NCBI GenBank assembly: GCA_016618085.1
Contig: JABLTG010000011.1
Coordinates: 62,001 to 126,000, forward strand
Length of the DNA stretch: 64,000 bases
Direction: 5' to 3'
Source of the DNA: Neovahlkampfia damariscottae
Taxonomy: Eukaryota
The notes under the pieces were generated by a model that had not been told where the DNA came from, did not search any database, and saw only the letters and a list, made by a program, of their open reading frames with translations. This document shows positions 50,935 through 61,786 of the stretch, piece by piece. The position numbers were made by a program, and so were the translations under genes. Positions within the stretch are counted from its first letter, which is position 1. Every line of letters starts with the position of its first letter.

Positions 50935-52012
50935 ATGGACAAAATTTCCAGATGGATTAGTGAAAAAACAGGATCAACAAAACAAACAGTTGATCATGAA
51001 TTCGAATTATTGTGGTCAAAACAAGAAACACTCCATGAAACAACAAAAACAACAATTAAACATCTCAACCAAACAATTGAAAATATTCATGGTAGGAATA
51101 TTATTCATCAATATTAATTTTTGACAAAAAAAAGCTTTTCAAACAAACATGGGATTTTTAGCTGAAGATTTTTTGATGGTTTATGACAAATCAGAATCTC
51201 AAAGAGAAGTTTGAAGAGAAAACTTTAATTTCTTATTTTATAGGTACCTGAAAAAATGAGAAGTGTTTCTGAAAGTATTCAAAAAAATTGTTGTGTTCCT
51301 TATGTAGATAAAAATTCAAACTAAACTTTTTTAGCAAAATGGAGTAACTGCAGGTGTTCAAAAATTAATGCAATATCAAGTTAAATTTGAAAATTTGCAT
51401 GAATTAAGAAAACTTCGTGAAGAAAGAAGAAAAGAGTATGATTTTAGAAGAGGAAAAGTTGAAAGTTTAACAGAAAAACCATCAAAGAATCCATTAGAAT
51501 TACCAAAAGAAAAAGAAAAACTAGCAATTGCAAAAGAAGAATATGAAACTATGAATGATGAAGCAAAAGCTCAAATTGAACAAATTTTTATTGAAAAACA
51601 TAATGCTTTTGATGCTGTATTACCAATTGTTATTCGTGAAACAATGGAATATCAAAAAAGAGTTATGGGTGATCTTCAACCTTTAGGAAAATATTCTGAT
51701 ATGAAAGTTCAAGTAACTACAACAACTTCAAGACAAGTAAAAACACAACAAACACAACCAGAAAAGAAACAAGCACCACCATTAGCTTCACGTACTAAAT
51801 CTGTTGTTTCAAAAGTTCCACCAAAATTTGATGTTGAATGGTTTTATTTAGATGATGCAATGAATCAATGTGGACCTATTTCTTATAATGACTTGAAAAA
51901 TTCATTTAAAAAAGGAAGTATTCATGGTGAATCTTATGTTTTTGAAGCAAATATGAGTGATTGGGCTCAAGTTAATTCAATAAAAGAATTGGAAATGAAC
52001 TTGAAAAAATAA
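50935..52012 (+). CDS. BAR-domain protein with C-terminal GYF_2 domain
   Basis: EKTGSTKQTVD.EF and R..RR.EYD BAR features; WFYLD....CGPISY..L......G.I.....VF...MSDW. Confidence 0.75.
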
Positions 52013-52013
52013 A

Positions 52014-52655
52014 TTATTTTTTTAATTTTTCTAAAAACTTTTTTTCCCATTCTAATCTTCTTTCAGTCTCTTCAAATATTTCTTGTGTTAATTTTGGTCG
52101 ATTTTTCTTTTTTCTTGCTTCATTTTCCAAATCCGTTAAAATTCCTTCTGTGAAAAATTTGGTGACATAATACTCACGAAAATAAAATTTGACAAAAAAT
52201 GGTAAAGCAGAACCTACTAGAGCACCTCCAAAAATAACTAAAATTTGAAATTTTACAATTTATCTTCAATACCTGGTACTGCCACTATAGGTGAAACAAT
52301 AAAATATCGAAAACGATAATTTTCTCGAAAGAATTTATAATTCTTTAATTTGTTTCTTAATTTATTATTCAACTTGTTGAAGAAAAAATAACCACCAATT
52401 GAAGCACCTACTGTGGTTCCAAGATATCCAAAAAATGAATCAACCATATCATTTAATTGTAGAGAAATTCCTTTTAATGAAGTTTAGAATAATCTTATAT
52501 CATAACAAACCATCTGCAAATCCTTTTCTAGTTTTTGGAAATAATGTATTTACAATATATTCAGGTTTATCTAATTCATCTTCAATCATGATGAATTTTT
52601 TAATGCTCTCCTTTAATTTTGGATCCATTTGTTTTTGTTTTTCTTTTTCGTTCAT
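52014..52655 (-). CDS. Small two-TM protein, unknown function
   Basis: Exons MNEKEK..., GYLGTTVGASIGGYFF and GALVGSALPF joined by small introns. Confidence 0.55.
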
Positions 52656-52717
52656 TTTTTTGAAAATTCCACTAAAATGATTGGAGGAGGGGAGATGAGG
52701 AAAATTCTTTATTTTTT

Positions 52718-55085
52718 TCAAATTAACTTTTTCAAATTTGATATATTGCCTTGTAAAATTTTGGAATGTTTTTCAAATTCTTTTTTCAATTCATCATAAA
52801 TTTCTTTTTCTTCTTCTTCTTCTTCTTCTTCTTCATATTCTTCAAATTCAAAATCTTCTTCATCCATTTCTGAGTTCAATATATCTTCAATTGAATGATT
52901 TAAAACATCATTTAATTCTTGAAAATATACTAATTGATTTTTTGAAGATGATTTTATAAAATTAATTAATGTTGTCAAATCCATTCCATTAAACATTTCA
53001 TTCATATTTTTTATTAAAATTAATTGTGATCCTAAATCATTCAAATTTTCTATTGCTCTTGTATAACTTTCTAAAGTAGAATAGTATTCGATTCCTTTAA
53101 TTGATTTTTTTGATTTCAAAATTTTCAATATTAAACTTGACTGTTCAATTCTTTCAATTTCATCAGTTTCATATAACACTTCTTTAGATAATTCATTAAA
53201 ACAATATTTCAATAATTTATCAATTGAAACTAAATAAAGTTTAAATATGATTACAAAAACATACCAACTTCAATTAAATCTTTATCATTTAAGAATTCAT
53301 TAAAGATATTCAAAATTGAAAGAGAGAATTCAGATTCAACATCAACATCATCTTCTTCTTCGATTTGAATTGGTTTTTTATCTTCTTTATAATTTTGTTT
53401 TAAAATATTGAATAATAAATCTTCAATTATTGAAAATTTCTTAATTTGTATTTTCAATAATAATATTTTTTGAAGAGAATTCAAAACAAAAACACCAATT
53501 GAAATTAATGAATTTTTCAATAAAGAAGAATATACATTTAATGTCTTTTCATAAAATTCATTAAATTCTTCTTCTTTTATATAACTTGCAATACTTTCAA
53601 TGCATTTTAATGAGTCTTCAATATCTTTACGATGTACTTCATGTGGTAATCTATTCAATAAAAATGGTACTATTTTTAGAACAGGTTTTAATTTGGATTT
53701 ATTTGATTTGATGGAGTGAATATATTCACTATATAGTTTATACATTGCTCCTTTAATTGATTCTAATGGAAAATTATCTTCAACAAAATTCAATTTTTGA
53801 TTGGATGAAAATTCATCAATATCAGCACCACATGTTTTTATAAATGAGTTTAAAAGTTTTGTATATGGTCTAACAAGTTCATTATCATTTAAATAATCAG
53901 AATTTTCTTTTAAAAATTTGAAAATTATTTTTAATTCATCTTTGGTGAATTTAACATTCGAAATGAATTGTCTTAGAATTTTGAACATCAATTCTTTTGT
54001 ATTTTGATCAGATTGTTCATTTTTGATCATTAATTTAATTCTACAAAAATTGTCAAAAAGTATTTTATGTTTACCTGTCTAAAATATGATTTGTTGATTT
54101 TTTGACAATGTCTTTAACATCATTTTGTAAAATGATAGTCAAATAACTTGTAGCAAATAAAGTAGATGATTTTATAATATCTAAATGATATATTTTTTCA
54201 TAAACATTTGAAAATAATTTTATATCGAATTTCAATTTGATTGATTGATTGGAAGTATTGATTTTCATTGAATGATAAGAATTTAAATTTAAATATTTTT
54301 TTAAAATTTGTGCAAATAATTCAATAATTTCAATAAATTCAATACTATCCCAGTTTATTTGTAAAACTCTTTAAAAAATTAAAATCTAATTTTCCGAACA
54401 AAAAAGAAGAAAGTATTTTTAAAATTTGATCAGCGCAATGATCAAGATTTAAAGTATCCAATTGACAAATAATTCTAAAAAAATCCATTGAAATTAAGAT
54501 AATAGTATGTTTTTCTTTCTTTAAAAGGTTTTAATTCAATTTCGTTTTGGAATTACTTTATAACCATTCATTTGCTTTAAAACGTATGATATTATTGTGT
54601 TTGTAACATTTTCTATTTTTTGAAGTTCTTCTGAATAATTTTGAATTAATCTATAGAAACAACGAATAATTTCAACTTGAACATTTTCAATTTCATTTTC
54701 TTCATCTTTTTCAATTAAATCACTAACTTTGAAAATTAAATTCAAAAATTTTGGAAGAAAAGAATTGAAAGTTATTCTATAAACTACATCTCTAGAAATC
54801 TAAAAATTAAAAATAAATTCAAAAAAAAACGAACAAAACTGAACATGTATAAGTGCTTTGTCAAAAGTATTAAATTTGGTTTTAAGTCTTCATTTTTTTC
54901 AATTGACTCTCTTTTTGATTTTAATTTGGTTTATTTTTTTATTACATTGTTTGGTCCACTTCATTCAAAAAGAAATCTAAAAATTCTGTGCATTCTTTTT
55001 TTTCTGTTGAAATTGAAGGTTTAATTTGTTTTTTAAAAAATTCTATAGTTGAAATCAATTTTTGTTTCTTTACTTTTTGTTCCAT
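52718..55085 (-). CDS. Helical-repeat protein with acidic C-terminal loop (importin-beta/IPO9-like, tentative)
   Basis: Multi-exon Leu/Ile-rich ORFs; poly-Glu loop near the C-terminus. Exon structure only partly resolved. Confidence 0.4.
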
Positions 55086-55363
55086 ATTCTGATGATTCAA
55101 CAAATGTTTGCATGTGAACGTTGAAGATGAAATTCACCAATCAAATCCATCCATCCAATTTCTTTTGCACAAAGACTTCTTGGGCAATTAGTATCTTCAA
55201 GTGCAAAAATAAAAATGTACGAGTGGAATCTTTGGAATTATTAAAATCATATTATGACAGTAGTTTTGGCGGAATGTCAATAAAGATACCATATTAATGC
55301 GTGGAAGAAAATTATTAGATTTCGATTTGTGAAGTCAAATTGAATCAAATTCAAAAAAATAAT

Positions 55364-56937
55364 TTATTTTCTTAAAAACTTAAAAATAAAAGCAATGATA
55401 CCAAGAATTACAGGAAGAGCTAAATAAGCATAATAATCTTTAAATCTGAATTTTTGTAAAAAGATTACAGTATTAATTCTTGCTTTTGAATAAGGTGGAT
55501 AACGTACGAATGGATCAACAAATGTAGCACGATGAAGTACAGATTTTTCATGAGAGAAAATATCAAATGATTGTCTTCCATTATATCCTCTTCCTAAACC
55601 AGATTTACCACATCCACCAAATGGAAGATCATCACAAAGAAATTGCATAATAACTTCATTTGAAGCAGCTGTTCCAGAAGGTACATTATCAACAAATTTT
55701 TGAATTTTAGTTGAGTTTGAACAAAATATATACGCAGCAAGTGGTCGATCTTTCATTTTTAAAATGAATTTAATAGCACCATCAAGATTATCAACACCAA
55801 TAATTGGTAATACAGGTCCAAATATCTTAGTTTTAATGTTATCTTTTTTTTTACTTCTTTTTTCATCAATTGTGAATCTAATTTTGGTTCATCAATAAGA
55901 GTTGGTTCAATGTATCTATCATCAATATCATTTCTACCACCATGATGAATTTTTTGATCTTCTAAAAGAGATAATACTCTTTTTACATGTCTAACGGATA
56001 CAACTCTTCCATAATCTTTTGATTTTAAAAATTAAACAAACTAACCTGGTGATTTTTGTGGGTCTTTACCATAAAATTCTTCAATTTTTGCAATTAATTT
56101 TTTCATAAATTGATCTTTAACTTTTTTATGACAGAGAATGTAATCAGGAGCGACACAAGTTTGTCCACAATTCAACCATTTTCCCCTTTATCATTAATTG
56201 TATTGTTTTTATTACCATGCAATTCTTGAAATAGCTACATCTAAAGAAACTTCATCATCAACATAAACAGGTGATTTTCCACCCAATTCAAGAGTAACAG
56301 GACATAAATGTTCAGCAGCTGCTTTTAAAACTAATTTACCAACCAAAGGAGCTCCAGTATAAAATATATAATTGAATTTCTCTTTTAAAAGTGCTGTAGT
56401 TTCATCGACACCTCCAGTAATAATTCCAAATTCATCTCCAGTAAAATATTTTTTAAAAGTTTCAGCGAATACATTTGAAACTGAAGCAGTAACTTCTGAA
56501 GGTTTTATCACAACAGCATTTCCGGCAGCAATAGCACCAATCATTGGTTTTATGACAAGAGAAGTAGGATAATTCCATGGAGCAATGATTAAAGTGACTC
56601 CAAATGGTTCTTTTTCAATACAACCAGACCCTGGTTTTTGTAAAAGGGGAACAGGAACAGGTTTTGCAGCCATCCAAGTATGTAAGTTTTCTATAGCTTC
56701 TTGAGCAATTCTAACCATTTCTACGACCTCAGCAAAACACCCCAATTCGTTCATTTGGAGATCTGTTTCTAGAGCTTTGTAAAATAAATTTTTGTTTTCG
56801 TTCAAATATTTTTGAACAAGTTTTAAATTTTTGATTCTTGTTTCATATTTTTTTGTTGCTCCATTTTCAAATGCTTTATGTGCGTTTTTAACAATTGTTG
56901 AAATATCTTCCACCTTTGTTGATTTTGCTTCTGTCAT
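55364..56937 (-). CDS. Fatty aldehyde dehydrogenase (ALDH3 family) with C-terminal TM anchor
   Basis: PWNYP, KPSE, FYTG, LELGGKSP, GKWLNCGQTC, EIFGP, LPFGG and RYPPY motifs. Three introns of 29-30 nt. Confidence 0.95.
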
Positions 56938-57066
56938 GCCTTAACTGTATTGTCAAAAGAATATTCGATTGGTCAAGAGAAAAATTTGACCAATCCCACC
57001 AATTTCAACAAACAAACTGTTTCAACCTCTAAGAATTGAAATACAGAAATCCCTTTGCAGTAAATA

Positions 57067-57375
57067 GGGTATTCGCCAGTATATTGATGCCAGTACTGGA
57101 GTAATTTCGTGAAAAAATAACTGGTGAATTTTCAATTGATGTTACTGTTTCATTGGTAGAAAAAACCCTTTGAAAGTGAAGTTTTTTTTTTCAATTTAAA
57201 TAACTGAAAAATGCAGGAAGCTATATTTACTCTCACTGCATTCAAAACGTATCTCTCATGGAATTCTTGTCATACAGACAGAATTTTCATGAGGCCAAGA
57301 ATCAACAGCTTCGACAAAAAATTAGCAGTTTTCTGCAGTATTTGAAAATTCTTCCATCGGTACTGGTGAATTCCC
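57067..57375. mobile_element. MITE-like element with terminal inverted repeats and TA flanks
   Basis: AAATAGGGTATTCGCCAGTA (57062-57081) versus TACTGGTGAATTCCCTATTT (57361-57380) is an 18/20 inverted match. Non-coding. Confidence 0.65.
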
Positions 57376-57654
57376 TATTTTCAAATTAAAAGAGCATAAG
57401 CTTGAGAAATTTGGAACACCTAAAGTGGAAATAATTAGGTTTCATGATTCGAAAGACCTTTCTGAGAGTGAATTTTCACGTTTTTCCAATTTGAAAAAAT
57501 GTCCTTTTTTGACCATTCCATTTTGGTATTAGTAGAAAACTCCGTAACCTTTTTTGAATAAGTTCAAATTCAGAGAACATTTCCTTGTCCAATTTTGGTG
57601 ATTTCAGGAAAATAAAAATTTGAACTTTTATTTTTCCTGACAACTCTCCGATCA

Positions 57655-58080
57655 ATGTTGAAAGACGAACAATACAACAACTCCATATCTGATATGTATT
57701 CAGAAAACTGCTATCTGGAGAAAAAAATACCTCACCTTACAGAAAAGAAGATGAAAGCAAGAACAAATCACTTCATCAACGAAGTTTACAAAAACACAGA
57801 TCCATATGTATTATATCTTGCTCAATGCTGCCTTGAGAAATACCTTTCAGTCCACGGAAAACAATTAGGAGACAAACATTTCAAATGTTTTTTAATAATA
57901 TTCATTGCAAATATTCATACTCACTTGATGAAGGTACAACAAGACTCAATGACTTACTATGATCAATATTTTCTTTACACTCAATATATAACACTCGAAG
58001 AATTTCAAAAATATGAAATGGAGCTACATGAAGAATTCAAAGAAGAATATGTAAAAAGTGAACTTTCTGAATTGTCATAA
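57655..58080 (+). CDS. Small cyclin-fold-like protein (tentative)
   Basis: VLYLAQCCLEKYL...FLIIFI...MK...D...EFQKYEME resembles cyclin-box spacing. Confidence 0.4.
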   Translation: MLKDEQYNNSISDMYSENCYLEKKIPHLTEKKMKARTNHFINEVYKNTDPYVLYLAQCCLEKYLSVHGKQLGDKHFKCFLIIFIANIHTHLMKVQQDSMTYYDQYFLYTQYITLEEFQKYEMELHEEFKEEYVKSELSELS

Positions 58081-58152
58081 TAAATTGTATTTTTAATAAT
58101 TATCCAAATTTTATTTTCTGAACAAAATTTGAGAGTTGTGTACTTTTATCAA

Positions 58153-59067
58153 TTAAACCAAGTTCATGAGTTCTTTTTCAAATTCTTTTTTGTCAACTGA
58201 AATAGATATAACTGTATTTGAATTTTTTGATAATTTTGAAGACCAGACATTTTTTTCTCTTTCACAAGTAACTCTTTCAAATTTGCAAATGGATGGATTA
58301 ATAAAACATATTACTGCTAAAGGATCATGAAACTTCTTTTCTTCTGTTTTTTGTAAATACTTTGTCATCCCTTCAACTAATAAATCTAAACCAGTTTCTT
58401 TCTCATTATTCTCTCTATTTTTTAATAAAGCTTTCATTTTCAAATGTAACTCTTTTCCATAAGCAACAGAATGACATACATTTTTACTAACAAGTATAAT
58501 AGATTCAATTTGTTTTGAATTTAGTGCTACCTCAGCTGATTTTGGATCACCTCCAAAATTGTATGTTGGACAAGAAATTTTTCCTTCAAATTTTTTCATT
58601 CTGAATTCTTTTGGTACAACATTGTCACCAGCAAATCCTCCTTGTGCCACCCATCTAATTGTCAAAAATTTAAAAACCTACTTTTTAAGTTTAATGTCTG
58701 GATACTTCTCCAATAACTTTCCGAGGTTACATACTGGTGCTCCCGTTATTAGAGTAATATCTGGATATTTTTTTATGGCTTTTGCTAAAATCTCGAATCC
58801 ATAACCGTCTGCTTCTTCGTCAATAAGATTTGGATAAATTTTTCTATAAAATCCTCCAACACATTTTTTTTCATAATTTGGTGTTCTTGATCCTACAGGT
58901 ATATCAAGTTTAAGTCTTCTTAAAGTTGTTTTCACTAAACCAATTTGATCTGGGCTTCCTGGTGTTACAGTCACACATCTAAGTTTGATAGAAGGATGAG
59001 CAGCTAATATACAAAGTGTAAAATAATCATCTGGGTCTCCAGTTTCCATATCCCAAGCAACGTCCAT
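58153..59067 (-). CDS. Inosine-uridine nucleoside hydrolase family protein
   Basis: DMETGDPDD, TGAP..NL, QGGF, TYNFGGD, SKNVCH and HDPLA motifs. One intron. Confidence 0.85.
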
Positions 59068-59207
59068 TGTTTATCTTTATTTTCAAGTATCCAATAGTTC
59101 TTCCTCCAATTCTAAAAATAAAAACTACATGGTGAAATTGAGAATTTGAGATTTACAACGAATTACCAACAAACAATCTTGTTATTTTTTTTTTGAAAGA
59201 ATTCCAT

Positions 59208-59732
59208 TTATTTCTTATTTTCAACATAAATTCCATTGTCTTTATGCCAATCTTTCAAACTTTTCCAATTTTCTGGGAATTTTTGACAATGTACATCTTT
59301 TTCATTTGTTGCTAAGAAGCACTTTGGAGAAGAATCTTCCAAAATATGTATTTTATAAGGAGGTGTTGGTAATTCAGTATCAATACAACTTGCAAATGGA
59401 TAAAGATTGTCAGGTGTTTCAAGTTCATTGTAATTCCAAACATATGTACCACATTCAGAACAAAAAGATCTGAAAAATTAAGTCTAATTTTAATCTTACC
59501 TGACATTTGCTGGTCTGCCTTCATCAACTTTTTTTGCAGTATATTCTTTGAGGCATTCAGTTCCAGATTCAATTTTCAATGTTCTGTAATCAGCTAAAAT
59601 GTTACAACCTCCTGAATTTCCTCCTGACAATTTTCTGCAAATAGAACAATGACAAATCAAAAAAGGATAAGGTGCATTACTGATAACAGTGAACTTTACT
59701 TTTTGACAATGACAAGACCCTTTCAATTCCAT
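59208..59732 (-). CDS. GFA/CENP-V family zinc protein
   Basis: GSCHC, CHCSICRK, and after the intron RSFCSECG. Confidence 0.85.
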
Positions 59733-59835
59733 TCCAGAAAAAAAAAACAGATCAAAAAATGATTGGACAAACTCCGAGTGTTTTTTTTTTTTTTTTTGAT
59801 AAAATTTTTTCCTTTCATAAAATTTAAATTTTCAT

Positions 59836-60592
59836 TTATTTGAAATATGATTTTAAATTTTTGTAAATGTTATCAATTCCTTGTTCAGCATTAAGGTCTC
59901 TTACTAAACCTTTTGATCTATAGTAAGTAATAGCTGGTCCAGTTTGATCTCTATATTGTTTTAATCTGTTTTTCATTGTTTCTTCATTGTCATCTTTTCT
60001 TTGTGTGAGTGGTTCTCCAGTGATATCATCAATTCCCGCTGTTTTTGGTGGATTGAATTTTTTATGATAACTTCTTCCAGAAGGAGCATGAATTAAACGT
60101 CCACAAACTCTTTCAACAACAATTTCATCACGAACATTGAAAGTAATAACTCCACGTAAGTTTTCTTTTTTTTTAGATAAAATTTCATCAAGCTATAAAG
60201 TTAAATACATTGAAGACAAACCATTTTAGCTTGGTTTAAAGTACGAGGAAAACCATCTAAAATGAAACCAGGTTTACATTTTGGATTTGTTTTGAGAGAG
60301 TCATCAATAAGATCTATAACAACTGAATCTGTTACAAGACCACCTGAATCCATAATACCTTTAACTTTCTTTCCAAGAGGTGTACCATCTCTGATAGCAG
60401 CTCTAAGTAAATCACCAGTAGAGAGATGACAAACTTTAAATTCTTCACTGATTCTAATAGCTTGTGTACTATGAGGTTAAAATAATATTTTTGCATGATT
60501 ATACCCTTTTCCACTTCCTGGTGCACCCTAATACATTTAATATTTTCAAATTTTGTTACCATGAAGATGAAGTTGTTTTTCTCTGTGCTCAT
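59836..60592 (-). CDS. adk: Adenylate kinase
   Basis: GAPGSGKGTQA (spliced), STGDLLR, GFILDGFPRT, GRLIHAPSGRSYH and QRKDD motifs. Confidence 0.95.
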
Positions 60593-60691
60593 TCTAAAAA
60601 AATTGTTCGTTTGAAATTGACCAATCAGAAGGTTTTAGAAACAACTGTTAAAAATTTTCACACAAACAAAACTAATTTTAACCTCAATTTT

Positions 60692-61720
60692 TTATTTTGA
60701 AATAATGATATTTTTTAAATTTGAAATGGTATTTATGCAACTGTCTTGAATGCCAATAGATCTATCAACTATTTCATCTTCAACCTCTGCATGATCATAA
60801 TTTATTCTAACAAAATTCGCATTTGGATGTTGATATGTTATTCTTGACATTTTCCACCTAATTACAGAAGGTGTATTAAAACCTGCACCAAATTCTAAAA
60901 TTAACAATTTTTTCTTCATTGAAGAATTCAAAAACTTTGCAAAATTTTTTTCTCCTTTTTCGTGTGGTTCATCCATAAAATAATTTCCACCTCTTAAATT
61001 CTTTAAAAGTTAAAAAAACAAAAAATGTTCACAAAAGTTGTTGGTCCTGAACAAAATTGACATTTTGGAATTAATTCCGGTTTTTTTAATTCCTGAGTTT
61101 CTTTATCAACATTTTTTGACATTTCTAAAATTAAATCTTTTGCATAAAAATAAGATTTTGGTGTGCACTTGTTATAGCATTGTATGATACTGAAATCACC
61201 TTGTGGTGTATATATTTGACTCTTGTCAAAACCATTTTGTTCAAATTTACCATCCACATTACTTGTAATTACAAAATGTTCTTTATGCTTCACTAAATCA
61301 TATAAACTTGAGTACATGTCATTTTTGTTCAATTGAAATCTCATGTGGTCAGCATGAGAAGAAAGATAACCCCATTTAACCTCTTCAGACCAATCTTTGG
61401 CACCAATTGTATGGTAATTACATTTATATCCGAGTTTAACCATACCAGGATAACGTTTGGCAAAATCTACTCTGTCATTGTAATTAATGCCAATATCAAC
61501 AGACATCTGTTCAAAAAATTAATATTTGTGTTGAAATTATTACACCAGCACCAGCTCCAATAAGAATACAATCAGCATCTTGGATCAATTTTGCAGTTTT
61601 TTCGTATTTTTCTTTGTTCATCTGCAAATTAAGTAAATTGTTATTGGACAATTTTTCGGAGATGCTTTTATTTGTTAAAACCTGATTCCAAACGTCATTA
61701 GAACTGTCATTAGAATACAT
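60692..61720 (-). CDS. Class M sirtuin (SirTM-like ADP-ribosyltransferase)
   Basis: ADCILIGAGAGMS, HFVITSNVDG, PQGDF..IQC, PKC..C, NLR and LILEFGAGFNTP.VIRW motifs. Start uncertain (61720 or 61621). Confidence 0.85.
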
Positions 61721-61786
61721 GTTGAAATTAATTTCCAATTTACACTCTCTTTTGTTGTCCAATCAAATCGATTTCATTTTTTTAAC

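Noticed and set aside
2517..61563. Numerous short antisense or alternative-frame ORFs in the track
   Set aside because: They are shadows of real genes in AT-rich DNA, with no motifs and mostly non-ATG starts.
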